DNA of 34,158 bases from Promethearchaeota archaeon (GTDB taxonomy: Archaea > Asgardarchaeota > Lokiarchaeia > Sigyniarchaeales > SOKP01), in NCBI GenBank assembly GCA_008080735.1, contig SHMW01000045.1, forward strand, positions 1 to 34,158. Reading direction: 5' to 3'. Each line of letters starts with the position of its first letter. Positions within the stretch are counted from its first letter, which is position 1. The position numbers and the translations under genes were made by a program. The notes under the pieces were generated by a model. It was not told the origin of the DNA, did no database searches, and was given only the letters and a program-made list of their open reading frames with translations. Below, in pieces: positions 26,720-34,158 of the stretch.

Positions 26720-27505
26720 TCATTTTTCATTCAGTTTGGAAAGTTTTTCTTCCAAGTCTGCCAACCGTTTATCTAATGTTGCGAGGGTGATATTTAACGG
26801 ATCGGGTAAATCTGCATGCTCGAGATCGACTTTCTTTATCCGTTCTCCCTCGCGAGAAATAACTCTTCCTGGGACGCCTACTACCACGGAATTGTTTGGG
26901 ATATCGTTGATAACTACAGAATTTGCCCCAACTTTTACATTATTTCCTATTTGTATCGGACCGAGTAATTTTGCGCCGGTTCCAATTACTACATTATTGC
27001 CTATTGTAGGATGCCTTTTGACTGGCTCGTTTGACGTTCCCCCTAAGACTACCCCCGCATAGATCGTCACATTATCCCCGATTTCTGAGGTCTCTCCGAT
27101 GACTACTCCACTTCCGTGATCAATAAAGAAATCGCTACCTATTTTTGCTCCTGGGTGTATTTCTATGCCGGTAATCTCTCGCGCAACATCAGATAGATAC
27201 CGCGGAATAAAAGGCATGCCGAGATTCCAAAAGAAATGTCCGATTCTGTAGAGTAAGACAGCTTTAATACCGGGATAACTTGTTAAAACCTCAACCAATG
27301 ATTTCGCTGCAGGATCCTTTCCTAGGGCAGCGTTCACGTCTGATACAAAAAAATTTAGTATTTTTTGTAGGTTTTTATTTAATTTTTTTTTATCTATATC
27401 ATCCGCTTTGAAATCCAGCCCCAAAATGCATTCCATACATTCTCCCGATAATAAACCGCTCTCTGATTCCTCTCCGCAAGCCATACATTTTATTTTTTCT
27501 TTCAT
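26720..27505 (-). CDS. cysE: Serine O-acetyltransferase with N-terminal CxxC-x12-CxxC extension
   Basis: [23 protein letters not shown], hexapeptide repeats and LPDP. Confidence 0.95.
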   Translation of the reverse strand: MKEKIKCMACGEESESGLLSGECMECILGLDFKADDIDKKKLNKNLQKILNFFVSDVNAALGKDPAAKSLVEVLTSYPGIKAVLLYRIGHFFWNLGMPFIPRYLSDVAREITGIEIHPGAKIGSDFFIDHGSGVVIGETSEIGDNVTIYAGVVLGGTSNEPVKRHPTIGNNVVIGTGAKLLGPIQIGNNVKVGANSVVINDIPNNSVVVGVPGRVISREGERIKKVDLEHADLPDPLNITLATLDKRLADLEEKLSKLNEK

Positions 27506-27790
27506 GATGAATCACTTAATTTAATGTGTATCGTGCTAACATATTCCTCGTTATTGGAATGTGAGCATCTAATTTATGAAATAGTTTTGGTTTATAAATC
27601 ATTAATTTTTGTTTGTTATCTCATAGGTGAGAAATAAGTTTGTTTCCGCGGTTATGATTTAAAAGTATATACTTACAGAAAATTAATTGATCTGAAGCAA
27701 TTTAATCAAAGGTTAATGTTTCAAAGAAAAAAGGTTTAAATTCTTAATTTGGTAATTATCCTATTAGAACCTAAAACATCTTAAAGAGGG

Positions 27791-28105
27791 ATGCATATGT
27801 CAGAAGGTAAAGAAAGAATTATAATCTCCCCAAATATATGTGGATATGTAGACGATGAACATCTTAATTATCATATTGAGGTACAATTACCGGGTGTGGA
27901 TAAGGAATCGATTAAACTGAAGATGCATGAAGACAGTTTCTTTTTAAAAGGAGAGACGGAGAATACCGTCTATGTAGGGTCCTATACGATCTGCTGCCCT
28001 GTGAAGCCTGAAGCGGCGAAAGCTACCTATAAAAATGGGCTATTAAAAGTAGATGTTCCGTTTAAAGATCCGATGGAAGATGCGGTAGATGTGTCTATTC
28101 AATAA
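27791..28105 (+). CDS. Hsp20/alpha-crystallin small heat-shock protein
   Basis: VQLPGVDKESI..ATYKNGLLKVDVP; C-terminal VSI motif. Confidence 0.9.
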   Translation: MHMSEGKERIIISPNICGYVDDEHLNYHIEVQLPGVDKESIKLKMHEDSFFLKGETENTVYVGSYTICCPVKPEAAKATYKNGLLKVDVPFKDPMEDAVDVSIQ

Positions 28106-28131
28106 AATAGTAAAATCAAAGGAGAAAAAAA

Positions 28132-28431
28132 ATGTCCGAAAATAAACGTATAGTATCACCGACAATGTGCGGGTGGCCCGATGATGAGCATGGAACATAT
28201 CACGTAGAAATCGAATTGCCGGGTGTTGAAAAGGATACTATCAAATTACGAATGCATGAGGATTCCTTTTTTATTTCTGGCGAATCTGAAGCAATAAGGT
28301 ATGTAGGTTCCTATGCCTTGTGCTGTCCGATTCTCCCTGATAAAGCTGATGCGAAATACAAAGAAGGGCTATTAACCATTGATGTTCCATTTAAAACCCA
28401 TTTTGAAAGCGTAAACGTACCAATAGAGTAA
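28132..28431 (+). CDS. Hsp20/alpha-crystallin small heat-shock protein (tandem paralog)
   Basis: IELPGVEKDTI..AKYKEGLLTIDVP; AGGAG SD. Confidence 0.9.
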   Translation: MSENKRIVSPTMCGWPDDEHGTYHVEIELPGVEKDTIKLRMHEDSFFISGESEAIRYVGSYALCCPILPDKADAKYKEGLLTIDVPFKTHFESVNVPIE

Positions 28432-28465
28432 ATTCTTTTTCATTTCTTTTTCTTTTTTTCTCTAC

Positions 28466-29047
28466 TTACCATTCTTTTATAACAACATTTATATTTTTGA
28501 CGATATGCTGATATACATGCTTATCATATCGCTCATACCATCGTTCAAAAAGTAAAAGCTCTATGGGATGCCATAAACTTACCCAAGCCCCGATAAAGAG
28601 CCCTTCACTTATAAATACATTCCAATAATAACTAAAGGGCTGTAGACTCTCTATTAATTGAGATATGAAAAGAAACATCCCCATAATTATTATGGCTTCT
28701 AAGAAGGTCTTTAAAGTTTCAATTCTTTGCATGCGGTTTTTGAGATTTACTTGAGAAATGTGAAATTGACAACACCGCTTTACTGCATTTTCCATTCTCT
28801 GAGCCAAATCTTCTTCGATTTTTTCTTTCGGAAGATACAAAGTAAGGTAAATTTGTTTCCAACTTTTTCTCACACGCATCTCATTAACTAGCTTCTCCAT
28901 TCCAGAAGAAAATAACACCTCTTGCTTTAGTGGATTGATTTGCCGTGAAATAAACATATCATTTATATTTTGTAAATACAGATCTAATCTTAATGGTTGC
29001 GATCTGTTACCTTTTCTGAAAATGTTTATTTTTTTTAAGAATGACAT
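28466..29047 (-). CDS. Hypothetical 2-TM membrane protein
   Basis: Soluble N-domain plus TM hairpin with EGLFIGAWVSLWHP. Confidence 0.65.
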   Translation of the reverse strand: MSFLKKINIFRKGNRSQPLRLDLYLQNINDMFISRQINPLKQEVLFSSGMEKLVNEMRVRKSWKQIYLTLYLPKEKIEEDLAQRMENAVKRCCQFHISQVNLKNRMQRIETLKTFLEAIIIMGMFLFISQLIESLQPFSYYWNVFISEGLFIGAWVSLWHPIELLLFERWYERYDKHVYQHIVKNINVVIKEW

Positions 29048-29329
29048 CTATGTATCCAATTTAAATTTTTTTAATCCAAAACCACAATTCTAATTCACTA
29101 TGTTATTTAGGAGGAGTTAGGAAATTAAATTATTCCTTGAAAATTCTGATGATTCTTGTTTTCATAAATAGTTGAATTCTTCTCCAAAAGACTGTATTTT
29201 TTCAGTCAAGAATATTCGCTAAACTTACTGAACAACTTCCAATAACGTAAACGATTTTTTTAATCAAGAAGATAAATAAAAGATTATAAGAATTAACAAA
29301 TATTAACGATTTATATATCACTTTTTAAT

Positions 29330-30832
29330 TTGAATATGACCAAACCAAATATTCTCTTTATTTTAAATGACCATCAAACTTATTATGGGCATGGAAAAGC
29401 GTTTGGAGCCCCTAAAATTCAACGCCCCAATTTTGAACGACTTGGCAAGGGAGGAATTGAATTTACTAACGCTTACACTGCGTCTCCACTCTGTGGTCCT
29501 GCTCGACGAACCATCTTGACTGGGTTGTATCCTCATAATCATAAAGAAATCCTAAATGAAATATGCCATCCTTTTGATAGAAAAACGTACTTAGAAATAC
29601 TTGCTGAAAATGGCTATATGAATTATTATTATGGAAAGTGGCATGCGGGTCCCGGAACTGCCCATGAGCTTAATTGCGAGGGCTTCAGTTATCCCCTATA
29701 CGGTAATCCCTATATCACACCCGAATATAAGGAATATTTAACCAAGAATGATCTTCCGCATTTCGAGGTAGAACTTACTCATAGCTTTTATAATCCCGAG
29801 TGGAAAAGCGCGAAAGAGGCGGGTATCAAGGTTGGGGGGAGATATACGCCATCCAAGCAAAATTATGATGAATCCGCATGCGGCATAATGACAACTCCTG
29901 AGCAAACTCATGAAGCATTTTTCCTTGCAAACCTTGCTTGTGAGCAGCTGGATAAAATTGCCAAATCGAATGATGAGACCCCATTCAATATGAGCATTCA
30001 TTTTTGGGGCCCTCATCCCCCCTACTTCGTGTCCCAAGAGTGCCTCGACGTATATAGCCCGCAAGACTTTCCCGAATATCCCAATTTTGCTGATGATCTA
30101 CACAATAAACCAGAAATATATCAATATGATATGTATTATCCGATCGCTGAGAATGGAAAACTGATCATTCCAAATCCATTACCCTGGGATCAATGGAAGC
30201 GGATACTACCTTATTCGTATGCACATACAACATTAATAGACAAAGCGGGAGGGATGATACTTGATAAATTAGACGAGCTCGGGTTGAGTGAAAATACAAT
30301 AGTAATATGGACTCTCGATCATGGGGATGCGTTAGGCTGCCACGGCGGACATTTTGACAAGGATTGTTATATGCCAGAAGAGATGATTAAAATACCCTTT
30401 GCGATAAGATATCCGCAACAAATTCATAAATGCCAAAAATCCTCTTGTTTTGTAAGTAATATCGATATAGCACCCACAATATTGGATGTGGCCAATTTAG
30501 AATTTGAAGATCCTATAGATGGAAGGAGCCTACTTCCGGTATGTAAAGATCCCACAATTGAATGGAGAGAAGATATCATGGTAGAAACTCATGGACATAA
30601 ACACATCCATTTAGGAAGAGCTATAATAACTAACCGATTCAAATATGTGTTTAATGACAAATTTAAGGATGAACTTTATGATTTACGCGCAGATCCTTAT
30701 GAATTGAAGAATCTAATTGACAATGATAAATATGATGACATTTTAAAAGATCTAAAATCTCGTTTGAAGAAATGGAGAGCATGCACAAACGATCCTTTTA
30801 CCAAGAAGAGAGAAATCCGCAAATTTTTTTGA
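29330..30832 (+). CDS. Sulfatase (formylglycine-dependent, Cys-type)
   Basis: PNILFILND, CGPAR (CxPxR), GKWH, DHGD, DK and ELYDL..DPYE. Confidence 0.93.
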   Translation: MNMTKPNILFILNDHQTYYGHGKAFGAPKIQRPNFERLGKGGIEFTNAYTASPLCGPARRTILTGLYPHNHKEILNEICHPFDRKTYLEILAENGYMNYYYGKWHAGPGTAHELNCEGFSYPLYGNPYITPEYKEYLTKNDLPHFEVELTHSFYNPEWKSAKEAGIKVGGRYTPSKQNYDESACGIMTTPEQTHEAFFLANLACEQLDKIAKSNDETPFNMSIHFWGPHPPYFVSQECLDVYSPQDFPEYPNFADDLHNKPEIYQYDMYYPIAENGKLIIPNPLPWDQWKRILPYSYAHTTLIDKAGGMILDKLDELGLSENTIVIWTLDHGDALGCHGGHFDKDCYMPEEMIKIPFAIRYPQQIHKCQKSSCFVSNIDIAPTILDVANLEFEDPIDGRSLLPVCKDPTIEWREDIMVETHGHKHIHLGRAIITNRFKYVFNDKFKDELYDLRADPYELKNLIDNDKYDDILKDLKSRLKKWRACTNDPFTKKREIRKFF

Positions 30833-30934
30833 GAAAATAAAATTTTTGATATTTCGCATCAAAGAGCTTTCTCAGAAATTCTAAGATATGAAAAATAAAA
30901 AAATAAAAAGATGATAATATACAGTTTTTAGGAT

Positions 30935-32395
30935 TTAAAGGTTCATTTGTTCTAATTTCTTCTTATTTTCTGCCACTATTTCTGGAGTTAAATCATAATA
31001 CTTCCAAAAGATTAAGACTGTGATGATCACTATTATCGCTGGTACAATCGCCGAATGAATTCGGATTCCGAATAAAGCTAACGCAGGATTGGGGCTATTA
31101 TCAATTAAATCCTGATATGTTGGAGACCCAGGTGGAAATGCGGTGAGAATGTGTGTTAATGCTATGGTGATTACTATTGTAGCATAACCGAGTCTTATAA
31201 ATAAGGCTTGGAATCCATAATATATTGCTTGTTGCCTTTTTCCTGTTCTGACGGCTATATCATCAAGAACATCCCCCATCGTGGGCGGATCCATAAACCA
31301 CTGACCTCCAAGCCCGATCCCAAAGAATATCAAGCTTATTACCCATCCAATGACTCCTTCAACAAATATCATTGGTATGAAAGTGATAAACATGATCATT
31401 CCCGCTGCTAAACTCATTTTTTTATTATTATTGACTCTCTTTGAGAGCGTTGTCCACAGCGGGACGGAAATTAAAGCCCCTAACAACATCCCTCCCAAAA
31501 GTAGAATAAATGACAAATCTGCTGCATCTCCAGTATCTCTCAGAATATATGCAATAATGTATCTCGCAGATTGTTGAATCATTACGCCAGCGACTTGATA
31601 CCCATAAAAGAATAAAACTTTCATCATAAATCTCCGATCTTTGACAGCTTTAAATGTCTCTTTAAAGAATGACTCAACTTCCGCAGTTTCTGGTTGCAGT
31701 ATTCTTTGTTGATTTTCCTCTCGTATTTTTTTATTTTCCCAAATTCCTGGAATAATCAATATAAAAAATACTAAGCCGAATCCCACACTGACCCACGCAG
31801 AGCTAATGTAAGTCGCTGCGACTTCTTGATCGATAACAAATGAAGGAATTAACACCGCCAATACTAACCCCAAAATTCCTAATATGGTTCCAAATCCCTG
31901 AACCGTCCTTCTTTCATCTAAACCTCTGAATTTAACAGGGTATAGGGAAATAACATTCACATCATAGATTGTAAGTAAGGTATCATATATCAGAATAGTG
32001 GACATATACCAGAAAAAAACCGGCAATTGGTACGAGGCATCAACTGTAGGATCCCATTCTGCGGGGACCATATAGATAAGTAAATAGGAAAATAACCAAG
32101 GTATCGCGCCAAGAATCATCCATGGTACTCTTCTATATCCTTTACTTTTTTCCCACGGCATTTTAATTCTTTCCATGAGATACCCGATAAGTGGATCGTT
32201 TATTGCGTTCCAGACGCTATAAATCGTAAACCCAAACAAAATGTACAAAGAATCTAGACCAATTACCGATTCATAATAAAATAATACATTAAATCCAAAT
32301 GCGGCAGTGATGAATTGACCGAATAGCTCTCTTCCACCATAACTTGCCATTATTTTTTTCGAATTTTCATATGATTCTTTTTGTTTTAGTTCCAT
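30935..32395 (-). CDS. MFS transporter, glycoside-pentoside-hexuronide (MelB-like) family
   Basis: WNAINDPLIG, RRVPW, about 12 TM, DVLDD..TGKR. Confidence 0.9.
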   Translation of the reverse strand: MELKQKESYENSKKIMASYGGRELFGQFITAAFGFNVLFYYESVIGLDSLYILFGFTIYSVWNAINDPLIGYLMERIKMPWEKSKGYRRVPWMILGAIPWLFSYLLIYMVPAEWDPTVDASYQLPVFFWYMSTILIYDTLLTIYDVNVISLYPVKFRGLDERRTVQGFGTILGILGLVLAVLIPSFVIDQEVAATYISSAWVSVGFGLVFFILIIPGIWENKKIREENQQRILQPETAEVESFFKETFKAVKDRRFMMKVLFFYGYQVAGVMIQQSARYIIAYILRDTGDAADLSFILLLGGMLLGALISVPLWTTLSKRVNNNKKMSLAAGMIMFITFIPMIFVEGVIGWVISLIFFGIGLGGQWFMDPPTMGDVLDDIAVRTGKRQQAIYYGFQALFIRLGYATIVITIALTHILTAFPPGSPTYQDLIDNSPNPALALFGIRIHSAIVPAIIVIITVLIFWKYYDLTPEIVAENKKKLEQMNL

Positions 32396-32615
32396 TTTCT
32401 ATCCCAAAATTTTGTGTTTATGAAAAGTGTTTAGAAAGGTCTTAATACATAATTAAACATTTCGTAACGATCAGAAACACTCTTAAATTATTAATATTAA
32501 ATTGCATATATGCTTTTTATAGTTTATTATTGCCAACAGAGAATAAAAGACTATAAACAAAGTTTCAAATAGTACTTTTATTAAAAATAATAATAATTTT
32601 CATATGAGATAAACC

Positions 32616-34016
32616 ATGAGTGAAAAAAGTGATATTTTAATAGTGGGGGCAGGTACCGCTGGCACCTATCTTGGATGGATATTAGCAAAACAAGGTCATT
32701 TTGTAAAGATTATTGAAAAAGATAGAAAAGAGGAAGTAGGGAAAAGACTTGACGTGATTCATTTTGAATCAGATAGAATTAAGAAAGCGGGACTCCCTCC
32801 GTTCGATCCGAATAAGCCAGATTGTATTGAAATTCGGGACAAATCTACGGTAATAACTCCCGATTTTGAATCAGAAATTAAAACCCGGGTCTATCAAACG
32901 ATTGTTCGATTAACACCATTTCTAAATAAGATGTATGATATTTTAGAGTCCGATGGAGTTCAATTAGAATTCTCTACCAAATTTGAGGAACTTCTATTTG
33001 AAAATAACCGAATAATTGGAGCTAAGGTTTCTAAAGACGGAGAGAATGAGAAATATTATGCGAACATAATTGTAGATGCTTCAGGAACGAGTGCGGTAGT
33101 TAGAACTTCATTGCCTAAGAATTATGGGGTCGAAACATGGGAATTAGGATCAGATGATGTAATGTATGTGTTATTGCAATATATTAGATGGAAAGTTCCC
33201 GATAAACCAACACCTGACACAGATACAGGGTATAATTATTGGCTATTATGGTTTGGTCCTTCATTGGGTGAAAATGAGGCTATTCTCGGAGTGGGACAGC
33301 CGGGCTCCTACGAAAATGCTCGGCTTGCTCGAGAAGACTTCCTCAAACAGATTGATCTTCCCCCTTATGAAATAGTTAAGGAAGAGAGAGGATTTACCCC
33401 GTATAGAAGACCTCCGTATTCCTTGGTCGCAGATGGATTTTTATGTATAGGAGATGCCGCAGCAATCACCTACCCCTTTTCAGGACATGGAGTAACAGCA
33501 ACTTGGATGCTTTGTATGATAGCAGCTGATGTTATAAGTGAAGAACTTAGCAGAGGTGGATATTTGACGAGGGAAAGGTTATGGGATATTAATGTACGGT
33601 ATTTCCGAGATCAAGGGGCTAAGTTCGCTTCCTTATTAGCACAATTATCGGGAGTATTAAATTTTACAAAGAAAGAATGGTCTTACTTCTTGACGCACGG
33701 ACTTATATACAAGACGGGTGAGAATGACGAATTACCCGAGCCAAATAAAGAATATGAAGAGGATATGAGTCTTGGAGAAATGATTAAGTTTATTTTTAAA
33801 ATCCTTGGAGGGTTAGTGATAAGAAAACTTTCTCTCAGAAATATCAAAAAGTTGTTGAAAGCGAACAGTTTAGCAAATACTATTAAAGAACATTACGAAA
33901 ATTTTCCAAAATCTCCCGAAGGATTCGATGCGTGGATTAATAAGGCAGAGCGTTTATGGAAAAAAAAAACAGTCGCAGTGAAAAAATTAGATAATATAGA
34001 GATTGAATACAGATAA
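32616..34016 (+). CDS. FAD-dependent oxidoreductase, geranylgeranyl-reductase-like
   Basis: VGAGTAG, VDASG and IGDAA..PFSGHG. Confidence 0.82.
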   Translation: MSEKSDILIVGAGTAGTYLGWILAKQGHFVKIIEKDRKEEVGKRLDVIHFESDRIKKAGLPPFDPNKPDCIEIRDKSTVITPDFESEIKTRVYQTIVRLTPFLNKMYDILESDGVQLEFSTKFEELLFENNRIIGAKVSKDGENEKYYANIIVDASGTSAVVRTSLPKNYGVETWELGSDDVMYVLLQYIRWKVPDKPTPDTDTGYNYWLLWFGPSLGENEAILGVGQPGSYENARLAREDFLKQIDLPPYEIVKEERGFTPYRRPPYSLVADGFLCIGDAAAITYPFSGHGVTATWMLCMIAADVISEELSRGGYLTRERLWDINVRYFRDQGAKFASLLAQLSGVLNFTKKEWSYFLTHGLIYKTGENDELPEPNKEYEEDMSLGEMIKFIFKILGGLVIRKLSLRNIKKLLKANSLANTIKEHYENFPKSPEGFDAWINKAERLWKKKTVAVKKLDNIEIEYR

Positions 34017-34158
34017 GTCATATGCATTTGGAGTGCACATCTCTTTTGACCTCAACACTTGCGTGAATCGGTATTATTTAGTACTACTACACATAGGCAG
34101 TTTGAGTCATTGCTAAAAAACTTTTGGGACTCATTTGATACCTTTGTGGCTTGATATT

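Noticed and set aside
29108-29116. AGGAGGAG SD-like motif on the + strand
   Set aside because: No start codon at a suitable distance.
32504-32513. GCATATATGC palindrome in a divergent promoter (similar core near 18815)
   Set aside because: Short and AT-rich; plausible by chance.
614-33375. Many short ORFs overlapping the called genes (e.g. 1067..1525, 1577..1873, 10728..11081, 13718..14032, 15779..16144, 26715..27062)
   Set aside because: Antisense or off-frame shadows of well-supported genes, with no recognisable motifs.
34020-34158. TGAGTC...GACTCA hairpin or SECIS-like element at the window end
   Set aside because: Weak stem, no in-frame UGA selenoprotein candidate nearby, and context truncated.

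Overview
AT-rich archaeal chromosomal segment, most consistent with an Asgard/Lokiarchaeia-like genome. This is inferred from the archaeal DtdA, SfsA, an LRR protein, a geranylgeranyl-reductase-like gene, a BHB-type intron-containing tRNA and TATA-type promoters. It has about 31 intact or edge-truncated CDS, three gene remnants and one tRNA. Main blocks: (i) 6.5-11.1 kb, a divergent CooS of the Cys->Glu C-cluster (CooS-V-like) type with hemerythrin, a NapH-like Fe-S membrane protein, a cupin and a Cys-rich membrane protein; two transcription units share the operator CCGAACATGTTCAA. (ii) 11.3-13.5 kb, an island of gene debris: an orphan Vsr/DUF559-like nuclease C-terminus, a HEAT protein, and a gene plus its frameshifted paralog remnant, resembling toxin-immunity cassette turnover. 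(iii) 13.7-19.9 kb, four Lrp/AsnC paralogs with Cys-rich tails and a shared 15-bp site, surrounding ferredoxins and an ArsC-NhaA fusion in which both domains have lost catalytic residues. (iv) 20.6-27.5 kb, a cysteine locus: cysS, tRNA-Cys(GCA) with two non-canonical introns (one possibly nested), DUF169, cysK, and cysE with an N-terminal zinc-ribbon-like motif. (v) Tandem Cys-Cys small heat-shock proteins, a sulfatase, an MFS transporter and a GGR-like oxidoreductase. All assignments come from motif recognition by eye; no database searches were run.
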